In this document: positions 49,570-64,000 of the stretch, piece after piece
Layout of the letters: every line of letters begins with the position of its first letter
How positions within the stretch are numbered: the stretch's first letter is position 1
Assembly: GCA_028023455.1 (NCBI GenBank)
Contig: JAQFVV010000005.1
Span: forward strand, 21,204,001-21,268,000
Direction: 5' to 3'
DNA: 64,000 nucleotides
From: Epiperipatus broadwayi
Lineage: Eukaryota > Animalia > Onychophora
Position numbers and translations under genes: made by a program
Notes under the pieces: model-generated
What the model saw: only the letters and a program-made list of their open reading frames with translations
Database searches by the model: none
What the model was told of the DNA's origin: nothing

Positions 49570-50600
49570 TTACATAATCCACCTTTTTGAAAGAGGGATG
49601 CAGGGTTCTTTCTTATTCACAACGTTCATGTTATTGGCAATGTGCCAAACTTTTTTTTTACTTTGCATTTTGCATCATTACCTTCAGAACAGACAATGCT
49701 GGTCACTGTGGGCTCAAATGTATGGCCATGTTTAGTCTCATGTTCTAGAAATGTGGATCTAATTTCAGCATTGGTTTTAGACCTATTAAAGTGATACCTG
49801 TGTTGTACTACCCTCATTATAAGATTATCTAGAGATTCACCAAAGTAAACAGCCCTGTAATTTGTATGATTGCAAATGATCTTATACACCATAGGGGGAG
49901 TCTCTTCTGTGGATAACCTGTCTTTGGTGTTGTTTATTAAGAAGTTAGAATTGGGATGAGTGTGAACGCTGACTTTATACATGCTTTGAGATATTCCTGG
50001 TATATAAGAAATCAATATCCAGGATTTTCATCACTTAATTTGGACCTGTTTCTAATTTTGGAGTAGAATATTTTAACCATGTTTGTATCCATTGTCACAT
50101 ATGTCATTGAGATATGTGTCTATGTTAGTTTTCCAATTCAAATTTGCATATGTTATGATTTGAATGTAGAAAAGCTTTAAAACCTGTGAATTTATGTGTG
50201 GTAGGTGTTAATGATTCTGGGCATATTGTACCTCGAACTTGAACAGGTTTGATTATCATTTTATAGTTCAACTGACAGCTGTCTCACTGAACATATAAAT
50301 TTAGAAACTTAATGCCTTTTGGCATATTTTCACATTCGATAGTCCACTATAATGATGAATTCTATTTCTTGCTTTGTTTCATTAATTTTCCTGCCTGGGG
50401 CACAAATGAGAATGTTGTTTATTTATCACATGTATAACAGGCCTGGTGTCTGTTCAGAGTACTTTGGAAGAAGATCTTGGTATTATTTCAACTTCATTCT
50501 TTTCTAGTATTAATTCAACTTTATTCTTGTCTGATGTTTAAAATTTTTATTCCACCACAGAAGTGTGTAAATAAAAACATTTGTAAAGTAAATAACCCCA
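49570..50600 (-). mobile_element. Decayed Penelope-like element (RT C-terminus + GIY-YIG), related to 19713-21423
   Basis: ORF 49626..50015 MVYKIICNH..VYFGES..RVVQHRY..FLEHE..GH. The frameshifted end IANNMNVVNKKEPC..SKRWIM* parallels IAGNPNAINRKDSC..SKIWTL*. Confidence 0.75.
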
Positions 50601-50844
50601 AACAAATTTGTGGTCTATCCAGTACTATTTAGTTGGCCTCAATTGATTTCTAATATATTTGTTTAAAATAGGATATTGATAAGTGAATGAATGCAAAATA
50701 TTTGGTACTTGTAGATTAAGTAGCAACAATGAATTTAAGACATTCTGAAAAGAATGTTTGCCTTTTACATTGAACACTATTAATAACATAAAAATAATTG
50801 AATGGTTTATTTCCCTGTAGTTCAAAAATTAAACATTGGAGATG

Positions 50845-50970
50845 ATGGATTGCAATTGTGACTCATAGATCCTGAATTCCAAAACTTCCATTCTTACCAC
50901 ACAGGGCATGGATTGCAATTGTGACTCATAGATCCTGAATTCCAAAACTTCCATTCTTACCACACAGGGC
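50845..50970. repeat. Perfect 63-bp tandem duplication
   Basis: atggattgca...cacacagggc at 50845-50907 and 50908-50970, identical. Confidence 0.95.
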
Positions 50971-53900
50971 ATTGAATAGCTACCATATTATTTAAAACAA
51001 AACCTAATTGTTTAGTCTAAAACTATTAAAACCATAAACCCTTGTAGTCATATTAGTGTTATCTTTTAATTAATTTGTTGTCTGTTTGATTTTTAAGATC
51101 TTCAATGACACATAAAATAATATGATGATGGAGTTAATCTATCTAACTGCTGGTTATCCTCTTGGTTTCCTACCAGCATTTGTTTTTCAATATTAAACAC
51201 TTTCTAATAAAATGGCATTATTCTATTTCCATTAGAGGTAGTAATACATTCTCTTTACTCCAAGGGTCATTTATTGTTATCTTAAGTGATCGGTTGGCAC
51301 CAGATGATAGCATTACATCCATATCCTGGAATTGCTGTTCTGATTCACATATTAAGAATCCATCTTTACTTTTTTATAACTTCTAAACTGTGAGTTAAGA
51401 TTCAAACACTCTAAGGAGTTTATTCATTAGCATTATTCATTAATTACTCTAACTTCCAATAAGCACTATTCTGGAATAATTAGAATGGAAAACTATGTAT
51501 AATGTAGTTAATGAAAATAAGCTGGGAGAGTCATATATCATACATTAATGAATGCATCTGATTGGAATTTCACTTGTTTTGACAATTTTATTTCTTTAAA
51601 TGGTTTTTTAGTTTTCTTGCCAGACTATATATCTGTGATTATACCTGTACCTATTGAATATAGTGTTACTTCATTGGTGAAAAAGTCAACGACTCTTATT
51701 CATAAAGATTCTCTGTTGTGTCTTCTAAGAGTTACTTGGTTTTTCTTGTGGTTTTAATGTCAAATTGAAAGAGCCTTTTGATGAAATCAGGAGATCTTAT
51801 TAGATAAATATAATAAATAAAATGTCTACTTTGGCAAAATGCCTTACCTGGTTAAAGCATCACTTTAATCCAAACTTTATTTATATTTTTCTCAATATAT
51901 TCAGCTATGATTAATAACACACAGGTTAAAATGAAGAACAATTTTCCAAATGATATTTTTCTTTTCTCTTATTCAGATATTTCTAGTTGTATTGTTGATA
52001 ATTTAGTACAATGATTGAATTGATGACCTTTAGATTCACTTATCCCAAATTTAAGGTGATATTCTAACCAATTAGGATATTCTTCTAAAAACAGTAGTCA
52101 ATATGAATTTTATATACTTATCTATAAGGATTCTTATTATCAAAAAGACCTCATAAATATATTAAAATTCTACTGACTACTGATTTTGGCAGAATAACTT
52201 AGTGAGTTAGAGTATTATCTTCATTTATTTATTTGTTAATCTGAGGGTCATTGATTCAATCATCTATTATGTTATCACTGGTGAGGCCAACAATGTTTGT
52301 GTAAGCAAAGAGAGTAATATCATTTGAAATGTTTTGTTCTTTATTAACTTTTGCATTATTACTAACAGTTGAAGGCATTTGGACAAGTATAAATAAAGTT
52401 TGAATTTTTATAATAAAAAAATTAACAACTCGATGATGACAATAGGCCAACACATAATTGTTAGTAAAATGGCAGCAATTACATAATCATGGAGAAAGAA
52501 TTTAATGCCAGAGACAAAGTGGCCAAGTAGATGAAGGTAATGTAAATTATACTTTCTACTAAAGAAGACTAATAAACCAGAAGTTAGACTCAACCTCAAT
52601 ATATCATTATTATATATATATCCATTGTTTATGAATGTTTATATGGATGAATTGCTGTAGTTATATGAATTAATCAGTGGATATTTTCATGCAATAGTTA
52701 GCATGACTTTTCACTTTACTTACAGCCTTTATATCTTTTGTTATTCTTTACATTGCTGTTTGTAATGACTTGGCTAAAATGTTTCTAACAATAGCAAAAG
52801 AAAAGTTTTTTTATATTTATTTTCATTATTATTCCAAGTAACTAAGTGTGCTTTTGATGTGAACATCAGATTCATAGTATTTATGGGTAGGCTGCTGATT
52901 GGGCAAGATATTGCTTACAACCTTTATATAAATATGTAAATACTAAATTAGTCAACAGACACTAGGTGGCAATAGCATGATAAGGATGGTTTCTGGGTAA
53001 GTATAAATTACTTTAAGTAGAAAAAGACATTCACTCTGATGTAGTTTATGTGTGATTTGATATACCTCATTTATGCACCAAAAAGATCAAAGGTTTTTGT
53101 AGTTACCTTTTTATCTAGTGCAGTTTTATGATATTTTTTGTACCAAAAGTATCAATAATTTTTATTATTAACTATTAAATGAGATCACTAAGATACATAA
53201 TGAAATATCTGGTTTCAATGCTCCATAGCTTGGTAAGCAAGTTGGCTTCAACATTCTAAAGTCTTGAGATTTTCAAAGCTTTAGCTTAGATGTCTTTTTA
53301 TAAATGATGTTTTTTTCAAGTGAAACATATTTACCTGAAACTTGTTATACATGTTTATAGATGGCATTACTATCTGTTGCAAAAACTACTAGGGTTACAT
53401 TCAACCAATTACACATTTTACTTTTATTATGTTATTCAAGTTAATGAAGTGAAATTTTTAATACATTAATCTTGGTATTGTTTTATGCAATGTTCCTATA
53501 TACTTAGTATATGCACAATTTGTTGTTTTGAGTAGTAATAAGTAAATTATATGATTAATTAGGTTTTCAATAATATGTTTACAAAAATATTAAATAATTA
53601 GTGATTTTAATTACATATGTATGTTCAATGGCAAAATCAGTGAATAATAATTGCAATAAAATTAAGCATTTGGAGTGATTATTCCATGGAAGTTGTGTTG
53701 ATGTTGCAATTCAACTAAAGTGATTCAATTGCTGTTATCTGTTGCATTCATTTGAAGGCAAAAATTAAAACCAAAGTGTATTTTGATGGATTTTAATTTT
53801 AAATAGTAACTAGATTTCAGGGTCTGCCAAGGAAACATAATTCAAGGAGATCAGTCATTCTACTTTATGAAAAGATTTTTCAGTTTTTTTATGTAACTTT

Positions 53901-55968
53901 GACTTTTGTGAAATCAAAAAATGTACAGTACACATTTTTTCATTTTTTTTATTTTTGTAAAATTAAATTAAATATTTGTTTCTCAATAAATATATTCAGT
54001 TTTTATTTGAATGTATTTGTTTTTTAACAGAAAATTAATTGACTCAAAATTTACTAATGATAAATAGAAAGTATCTATTGTTAACTCTGAAACACCTTAC
54101 TGTGAAGATTATTATTTTTTATATTTTTTGTAATTTTATGAGGAATTTTAACACAATATTTGATTCTGGTGCTATTGGCAGATTTTTTTTTTAATTTTAG
54201 GTGGAATACTATAAACGTATTTTTTCAATTTTTTCTCAATTAATGACTAATTCCCATAAATAAAATAATAGAAAATTGTGACAATATGATAAAAGCTTTC
54301 TTTGCAAGATAAGGATATTTGTCTTTTATATCAACCTATAATGTATCAATTCCAACTTCTTTAAGTTTTAATTTTGAATCCCCATCATAAAACATGCCAT
54401 GGGGCTATTCATCATTACATTTTGCAATATTTTTGAAGTGTGATTATGGCATCCTAGTATTTTTTATCATCATTAAAAATCAGTCTTAAAGTTTTGAATG
54501 CAAGCCTAAATATCTCTCTATATAAATATAAAATCAATTTCAAATATTGTACATTTCAATAACCTGGCTTATAATACATTTACAAATATATATCACAAAT
54601 TTCATGTTTTTCTTAGCTTGTTAGGGATGTGAATGTAGGTCTCACTACTATACACTGCAGAAGAAATAGATTTAAAAGAAGAACTTTTGATGTTTTATTT
54701 GGTTTAAAAAAACTAAACTTCCTAAGAAAATATTAAGGTGATATACATTGACATACTACCGTTTTTGCACCATATGTCATAATAATATCTTACTTAGGCA
54801 TCTTTTTGGTGAAAATAAATTCATCTTGATTACATAATCATTTTATGATATTATGGACATTTTCATTTTAAATGCAATATGCTTTTCTTTCCAAATAAAG
54901 ACTTATCTTAGATCATTATTTTCTGACAAGTGAAATAAAATTAATGCAAGGTCATACATTAGGTTCTTAAGTTACCCTCTTAGCTGATTATTTATTTAAA
55001 TAAAGCCAATAGAGAATTGTACATTTAAATTATTTTCATATATATATATTGTACCCTTTCCTTAAAGAAAAATCTACTGAACAAAAGAATCCAGCTAACT
55101 GCAATATAACAATAATGTATTACAGTTAAATTGCACAAACAATGACTATTGAAAAATAATATTATTATGACTAGCTCAAGATACATTACTAAGATACAAT
55201 ATCTAATAAAATAATATCTTTTAATAATTAAATATAAGAAATTTAATAGATTAAATATAATACAACTTATATTTACAATAAGTAATTAGGGTTCGAACTA
55301 TAATATTCAATCTATTCATTTCAATAATAAATTTAACTTATAAACTTGCTCAATATTATAAATAAAATATGGTTTTATCAAAATAAATATAATTATGAAA
55401 CTCTTAACAAGAGATGTTCAATAAGGTACATTGGCTTAAACATTGAGCATGCATCCCAAAAGATACACTCCCAATGGCATAAGAATATTACCCTATCAAA
55501 TTCTCCTAATAAACTACTATGTAATACTATCATGTCTCAAACACACACACACACATCTTATAATCTTAAAATATAATTTATAAATTTATTACAGAAATAA
55601 CAATAAATTACTTAATATTCCTTTAATAAAAATACTAATTGGATATTTAATATTAACTAATAATTTCTTACTTATCTTTCAATAGAACAATTTACAATTC
55701 TCCATAATAATAATAATAATAATTTCAGTTTCGTTTCTAACAAACTAATAACAAAATGAATGAATTAATTAACACCTTGTAGTTAAATATGATGAGTGAT
55801 TTTACATGATATCTAACTACTCTTTCAAAATGATAATAACAGTAAGCAACTAAAATAACTTAATGACTTTCAACATTAAATCGACTTAATAATTAAAATT
55901 TAGCAATAAAACAAGTAATATAATAAAATCTCTCATTGTTTAATGTGGCATTCATAATATATATATAT

Positions 55969-56248
55969 TGTAACGATCCGGAGAATAACACTTAACGTGA
56001 TCTGCACTACAGGGCGCTATCTAGGCATTTGAACCTAGAAAAATTTATAAAGTAGGCAGATACATAAGTCAAAAAAAGAAAAAAAATTTTTTTTTAAATT
56101 TTGATTCCGGTCGTTAGCCCAAGTCACTAGCTCAGGGAGTAGTAGAGATTTAGTAATATAATATCTTATCTAATTATATTTCAATATTAAAAAATAAATA
56201 AAATAAGCCACTGCCAGTAATTAACATACAAAAATTTATTTACGCACA
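55969..56248. mobile_element. TG...CA solo-LTR-like element in a (TA)n tract
   Basis: TGTAACGA after (TA)n; ends ..GCACA before (TA)n. Confidence 0.35.
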
Positions 56249-57369
56249 TATATATATATATATAAAATATAACATTATTATTTTAGTATGTTCTATTTTA
56301 GATTTTAATTTGATTTTATAATTTAAATTTACATTTTAATTTTTATAATATTATAAGTTTACATTTTAATTAAGTTCGCACAGATGGATTTATGAAAGTT
56401 TGTTTTATAATGTTGAGTATAGATCGGTTACATAGATTACACGGTTAAAAACATTTCAAAGTAAACATAAATGATCAAAATACAAAATCATTGATACTTC
56501 CAATTGCATAGGGAATACAAGAAACCCAATGGTGTTCATCATAAGACACCGCATTAACACCAATAACTTAAAAGACATCCGAATAAATACATCTTAGATA
56601 CTCACCGTAAGGTATCAGTATTTATCGAATGTCTATATATTTTGATCACCTATGAAAACCAAAAACATAATTAACCGGTAAGAAACCCATGCAAGCATCT
56701 ATACCCAACTTAAATTTAATGCAATTTTATTTATGGGTGTCGAGTATGAATGGACTACATAGATTTGCATTTGAAAAGAAAATATTCAATCCTTGTTTAA
56801 CCTTAGGGCAAAGGTTCGCAGTCAAACCAAACTTCAATCCATCTGATATATCGATGTGTTCAATGTAATATGAATACACAGCACAATTAGGTTAAGAGAA
56901 GAAACTGCTTCTTGTCAGATAGGAATATTACATCTATCAGACAAGAAGAGCAATAAAAAAAAAACTCCATCGAAAGGAACAGCGTTCTATGTCTTATAAT
57001 CCCTTCCATAGGCAAAATGGAAGTGTGCAGCATATAATAGCGATTCTGCCCATAGCGAATCTCGTACTACATCTACTAATTACACCAATATATCCAATCC
57101 ATTGACCTAATTCAACTACGAAACGAATAACCTAAGATTACCCTCCCCTAATATAACTTTACAAATCTATATAGCCATTCATGCCCGACTTAAGTTTAAT
57201 ATTTATATAACTAGTTTAATGAAAAACAGAAATCATAATAAAACTTAAAGAACAAATAAATAAATAAATAAATGGAAATGATTTTACAAAAGAAATACAT
57301 TAAATAAAATTATAACTAATTAATAACTAACGTTGGTCAGTTAGGATTCTATTTGTATTATTTAAATAC

Positions 57370-57850
57370 GGAAAGTTTTTAATTTAATGTTGATTAATTA
57401 TAAAGTTCTTACGATTTTAAACAGTTCATCTTTATCTGTTGCTTGCCATTTGAACGTGAATTCCCATGCCGTCCAAAAAAGATTGGTATTCTGTTGGCCG
57501 TTTTATTCATCCAGAGGTTTTTTACTCCAGCTGATCCTCAATGTAAAAAACGATAGTTTATTTCTCTTTCTTCCTAGCAGAACTGAAGAGATTGAAGAGT
57601 GCATCTTTTCAATCCCTTCTCCTTCAACTCCGCACTAACACATATCTGCCCACTCATAATAACCAACTAACCCTTTTATTTTCAAACCTTTCCTTTTATA
57701 ATAATTTTGTGGATTAACTCAACATTACGTCATGATGGTGAAAACCTTTTCGTTGAGGTCCAATTTCCCGATGGATTTCTTTCATTTGCTAAAAGTTTCT
57801 ATTGTTTTCCTATCTGACCGATGCTTATACATTTAAATGCCCAAAGGCTA
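57370..57850 (-). mobile_element. Possible L1/Tx1-like 3' fragment (zf-RVT region)
   Basis: Frameshifted C.CGVEGE.IE..LFN and NLFWTAWEF motifs. Confidence 0.3.
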
Positions 57851-60800
57851 GTTTACTAATTAAAATAATCATTTCCATTTTACAAAAGATTAATTAATTT
57901 GTTTTCAAACTTAAACATATATTTTTATCTCTAAATCTTAAATCTTTTCTGAAAATTTAGTTTTAAACTACTCTTTTTTTAATAAAGTTTTATTTTAATA
58001 AATATTTATCTGTGCGATTTTATATATATGCGAGTTTAAGATGATTTTTTAATTTTCAGTTTTTAATTTTTAAAAAAGAAATTTTTATTGGCGAACTTTT
58101 TTTTTTTTTATGTTTACTAATAAAAAATAATGTAATGTACGTATGTTCCCATTACAATATATATATATATATATAATGTATTTGAATATTCTGACAATCT
58201 TATTGGTCTGTATCATTTTAAACTAATTACCAATGATCATTCTTCTACGATAATAATAATATACTTTGTTACTTAATCAAATATAATATAGACCATATCT
58301 AAGTAATCTTTAAGGATCATGTGCCAAATAAATAATATTTCAAATTATTAATTTCTGTGAATCATGCATGTAGAATGAAAAATTAAATAGACAACACACA
58401 GAAAAATCACAACTTGACTAAGATCAGTTTCAAAAAACAGTTAACAAATTTATTTATAAATTAATATCATACTATTACAATATAATAACATAATATAAAA
58501 AAATATTTACAAAAATAAAATAAGAATTAACATTATTTAACATAAAAAATATATATATTTGCAGTAAATCTTACCAATAAATACAAAAAATAAAATAAGA
58601 TAGCCTTCACTCCAGCCATTTCAAAATAAAATAAAAAACTTACAACAGTAATGATAATATGGAATCTTCATTCAGTAAAATAGTATTCTGTTATTTGTAT
58701 TGGGAACAGTTACAATAAATTTTCCAATTTCTATGAAAACTTAATATTATACTTATTCTACTATAAAATATATTTCTTATGATGTAAATGCATCGTTATA
58801 AGTTTATATTTTAAAATACACTTCTTAAAGTCCAACAAATAAAATATTAAAAGAAAAATTATTAAAACTTTATTTGCAGTTTAGTGAAGTATCATCTTAA
58901 TATTTGAATATCAGAAAATTTTAAATAAAAATATGAATATCTCCCTTTATAAAAAATTAACCATTATGCAAAAATATTTAAGAGATAATTTCATAAATTT
59001 TTGTAACTTAAATGAATTTAAATTATTTATAATAGAATTTAAAGAACTATCAATAAATTATATAGCTTGATGCTTGTATTTCTTTCATTTTTATAGTCTT
59101 ACATTCATCATATTATTCAAAATCCTTTTTACTATTCTCACTTCCATTCCAATTTGAATATGCATCTGTTTGAGCTAAGTGATCGCTAATATTTGTATGA
59201 GTATCAATTATTTCTCTTATGTTATATACTATGACAATCATCAAACATCTCAACATCATTTTAAAAAAATTTCTGTATACTTTATCTTGCCCTCTCACAA
59301 AATTATCAACTTCAAATGGTTTAGTCATTACTTTACTAACTTATAAAACTATCCTTTACGATGATTCTTGTGGGTGATAGATAACGATTAAAATGTAGGG
59401 TATGGAATAATAAGAATGACTCAAATGAGTAAAATAATATCATAATGGATACAGTGCAAATCATAATAATAGGTCCATATTCATTGGGCACTTAAGATTC
59501 AAGTCATGGCTCTATTATAGAACTTATTGATGATAAGGAAATACAACTGTCCATGGAAAATGATATACAGCCCTATGTTATCTGTATATTTTAATAACTT
59601 TAAAGCATGGAAATGTAATTCACACACAACAGTTTTCAACATATCCCTAACACCTAGGATTTCATATGAATATTATTCTCCCAACCACCATCCTATATCT
59701 TTCACACAGAATAACTCACTCAACATCGTAAAATATACAAACTGCATTCTAACATGATTTCCAAAATACAATATTAAAAGAACAACAAAGATCTAAATTC
59801 ATTTCAAGATGTTTTTTTAGTTTTCATGCGCAAATGATCTTGATAAAACATACATTAATTAGTACTATGCATTTAATTGTTATTATATAATTTAGAGATC
59901 AGTATTAGGTTTTTCTCTCATTTTCAATAGACAACATTCACAAAGATAAAACATTAATAAATTAAAGATGTTATCTAATGTAGACATATTCAAGCATTCA
60001 CATTAAATAAATATTTTAAATATCCTTGGATGTTTTCAAAAAACATTCATATACATTCATCAGTTCTTTTATAAAAAATATGCATGATAATAATTTCTAT
60101 CAATGGTTCATCCCACCATTTAATATTAAATTCCAGCAATATCATTAAAAAACAAATTATGTAATCTAAATGATTAAAAAAAATTACCAATGATTTCATC
60201 CATCATTAAGATCATTACTGCAATCCATTTCTTGGACCATACATTCAGAAAAATCAATTATGATTGTAATTTACCGAGTTCTGAAAACTACTTTTCTAAA
60301 TACCCATTTTTTTAAATTTAACATAAAATTAATCTATCTGAAGATTAAATTAAAAATATAATAAACAGTTTTAAAATTTAAAAAAAAGTAATATTCTAAA
60401 TATTAACATATTTAACATAAAAAAATGATAAAGTTTTAAATTACGAAAAGATTTTTTTTTCCTCCTGCTTGTATGTTGAATTGCTTGTCAGGAATCTTGT
60501 GCACTGTTTCCTAGTTATGATTGGACAGCTTTGTGCATACTCTTGTCTTGGCACCATTTGAAGAAATGTACAAATAATAATAAAATTCAGTAAAATCTAA
60601 CAAAATACATGGAAAATATTAACCATCCTGTAAGATTAAATGTTTATTTCAGTTCTTTCTGAAAATGTTTATCCAGGCATTTTAATATCTTCATAGAATA
60701 TTAATTTAAAACTCATTTTATATTAAAGATTTTCTTACATACATTTTGGCCATTGTGTATAGCAAGATATATTGCAGTAAATATAAGTAATATTTGTATT

Positions 60801-62602
60801 TTCCATTGGTCAAAAACAGTATCAGACAATATATAATATAAATTATTTATTCAATACATTTATCTGCAGACATGTAATTTATGAATTAAAATAAATATTC
60901 CTTATAAAAAATTTGTGATTTTCATCTTTTTAAATGTATATCTTTTCAGTAATTTTTTTTAGGTAAAGTGACAGCTTTATCATTCAAGCATTTATTAACT
61001 GATATAATTTCAATCGTTTAAAAAAGTGTATCAGAACTCATTTATTCCAAATAAAGTTTTTTTTTTAAAGTATATAATTTATTTATTGATTTGATCAATA
61101 GCAAGTCCTTTTAAAAGCATAAAAGACATTCAAACGTTATCTTCAATTTGTCTTTAAATGCATCGTTCTTAAAATGTAAGTCCATTTTGATTACTTTAAA
61201 GACAAATTAAATGTGCATTATTTCTATCAATTATATAATAAAACAGTCATTCATCATACCATTCAACATTTTAAATTCAGTTTTTAAACTTAGATACAGA
61301 GTCTTACTTTTCTTTTCTTCCAAATTTAATACTACAATAAAGATTTTTAATAAATATTTGATTCCTCTTAATTAATTTAATAAACTATTTTCATTGTAAT
61401 ATGATAAAGTTATTGTAAAAAAAATGTTCACTCACCTAGACATATTATTTATAAAAATTTCAAAGTTCTTACATAGTCTCCACTCTTGTTACAGTATATT
61501 CTTTGACATTTTGTGTTCATTATCCTAATATTTAAGTAGCTACTATTGCATTCCATAGAATTATTGAGATCCTAAGCCAAGTTCAAGTGAGAGTAGACTG
61601 ACAGGGAAATTTGGTGTTTAGTGAATCATTATTTAAATAGTTATTCCAATTATAGTTTTCAAAAACACTTTTAAGTACAATAATTTTATTTAAAAATAAT
61701 TATTATTGTCACAATATAAAAAAAATATAGTTATAAATTTCAAACTAAATCAGTCTTAATCCGAATCTGCAAATCACTATATCACTAAAATTACTGTCTA
61801 GACTGGTTTCAACCTTTCTTTTTATACTGGTCTTAATCCAATGATTACATTGGTCAATACTGCTTGTACAAATCTGCTAATTTACATAACTACATCAATA
61901 TCATTTTTAAAATTAAGTTTTAAAACTATGAGTCATCAATATTCAATATCAAATTATTTAATACCTTAAATATTAAATATTTTTATCTAAAAAAATTAAA
62001 TAACCTTATTAAAATATTTTAATATTTTAATGACCTAAATTGATTTAAAAATAAAATATTACACTTAAATAAAATAATTATTTTCATTACTACTTTGCTA
62101 ATATTATCTCTAGACTTAATATTTGCTACACTTCATTATGTATCAAATTTTTGTTAACAAGCTAAAATCAAAGTTTTCTTTCCCTAACTTTTTGTAACCC
62201 TGCATAGTCATACAATCACCTATAACCATGTGATACTTTCAGCACATTTCAAACTAATATTAAATTAACTATCATTTAAACAATATTTTAAAAAATAATT
62301 ACTTTAAACCTATAATATAAAATATTTATTGCTATAATTAAGCTATTCTATCTCTTTTAGTATTTGTAAATATAATAAATAAAAATTAATATTATCTTTT
62401 AAACAACTTATTGTATCATTTTATTTAATTCATTTCCAAATGAGTTCAAACTATCTAATATATCTTTATAAGCTTCTATCTACTGAGTTTGAATGAGCTA
62501 TCTATAACATCAAAATTATATGCTAGAAAATAACAAATTTAATTTTTTTTAATATGGCTATTTATCCAACCCTACCTGAACTATCTGTACCTATTATAAA
62601 GG

Positions 62603-62603
<1 letters not shown>

Positions 62604-62670
<67 letters not shown>
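62604..62670. repeat. (TA)n microsatellite
   Basis: About 33 TA units. Confidence 0.95.
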
Positions 62671-62673
<3 letters not shown>

Positions 62674-63209
62674 GCCAGGTTTGAACCATCGATGATCCAA
62701 CATACTCTACTTGCTGGGTTTATCTGGGTTTAAACCTTATTTATAATTTTATACTATAAATATTACATGAACAAACTGGCCTTTGAGCAGAGGGGAGAAT
62801 ATTATTGATAGCAGGGCTGTCAACAATACCCACAATCAGACTGAGCTATGCAACGCATAACATGATCACATTTCCAGATCATGGCCCACCTTGACTGCTA
62901 AATTCAAACCCTACTGTCCAACCACTTTATTTGTTTCAGAGTAAACCCCGGGAACCAGCTAGTTTCTAAAACTAACATGTTTGGACAGTAGGCCCATAAT
63001 CCAGCACTTGAAAAATCCCTTACCTAGCTCAGTCTATTTTTAATTCAATAACAAATTATTTCAATTGGTGGTAAAAAGAATTGACCGACAAATTAAACTT
63101 TAGGTTTCAAGATAATTTATTTTACTAAACATTTATTATTCTACTTTTAATTTACTTATGAGAACTTATTTACATGAACAGGGGCTTATCATAACTTCAG
63201 GCTCACACA
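62671..63209. mobile_element. TG...CA solo-LTR-like element in a (TA)n tract
   Basis: Starts TGTG directly after (TA)33 and ends CACA before TATATA; 539 bp, GC richer than flanks. Confidence 0.45.
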
Positions 63210-64000
63210 TATATAATAGTGATATAATATAACAAAGAATTAAATAATATTTGACATTTAAAATACAATGAAATCAATATATATCATAATGCATTAGCAC
63301 ACACAACATTTCAAAACATGCACATCAATAGTTCGTTTATGCATGCTTATAGAGTTCATTATTATTTGACTCTGGGAGGCTTCAAACAAATGTGATGGCT
63401 ACTTTGGAAATGAGAATAAGAAAAATGTTATTACCTAGGATTTTAGAACATGGACTTCTTCCTGCTGTTTCCTGTGAACTTTATTTTAATAGGATTTTGT
63501 TTTCTTTCTGGTGGCTGCTTCAAGTGAGAATATTTCCAGCTGGCCGGATTCGACATTTTCTTGAGAAGGTTTATTATTCAGTGGCCCTATTTTTGAAGAC
63601 AGTTAAATATTGACAGCAGATTTCAAGTTGTTTGGCAAGCATTATCCTTTTCCAGGCAGATTGGATGTTTCATCAGACTAACACTGCATTGTCGACTGAT
63701 CGATTGACTGATTTAATCTGATGTGATCTCACTGAACTGAACTGCACTCTTTCTCAACTGTAATCTCAACTGTTTGTTTGATGAAAAACTGGACTATTTA
63801 TTCATAAGACCTGTTGTCATTTTGATGTCTGCCAGTGATGTCTGTTGTCAAAATTTCTTCCTTGTTTTTAATCACATTCCTCTAGATAAGCTTTTAATTA
63901 TATGTTGTTGGAGATCCTTTAATTAGCAGCCATCGCATGTTTTGTTTTTACATTTTTAATTAGTAGCCATCGCTGAGTGTTTTTAATTTTTTAACTTTCG

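Noticed and set aside
51050-52600. Possible decayed LINE on the minus strand
   Set aside because: Only a GRKPRG-like word and very weak RT similarity; not enough to call.
1-64000. CRISPR arrays, prokaryotic operons, rRNA or true tRNA genes
   Set aside because: None seen. Spliceosomal introns, microsatellites and eukaryotic TEs dominate; the only tRNA-like sequence is a degenerate SINE head.

Overview
AT-rich eukaryotic (animal, probably invertebrate) genomic DNA, almost entirely intronic or repeat-derived. The only clear host gene is a serine dehydratase (SDS/SDSL-like) on the + strand. It is seen as two exons (10028-10067 and 44476-44703) separated by a 34.4-kb intron; its other exons were not found and probably lie outside the window. 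The rest is decayed mobile DNA: Penelope-like elements (RT + GIY-YIG), several RTE/BovB-like and other LINE fragments, a 3.1-kb hAT transposon with an 8-bp TSD, MITEs/fold-backs, TG...CA elements in (TA)n tracts and microsatellites. The most striking unannotated signal is an unusually dense set of type I hammerhead ribozyme (HHR) motifs, about 15 intact, mutated or truncated copies from several families. One family is an apparently non-coding ~475-nt monomer found as permuted partial tandem arrays and long fold-back hairpins. Another is a 128-nt tandem dimer. Both resemble retrozyme/circRNA-type elements mobilised by Penelope machinery. All alignments and RNA folds were done by eye; coordinates of decayed elements are approximate.
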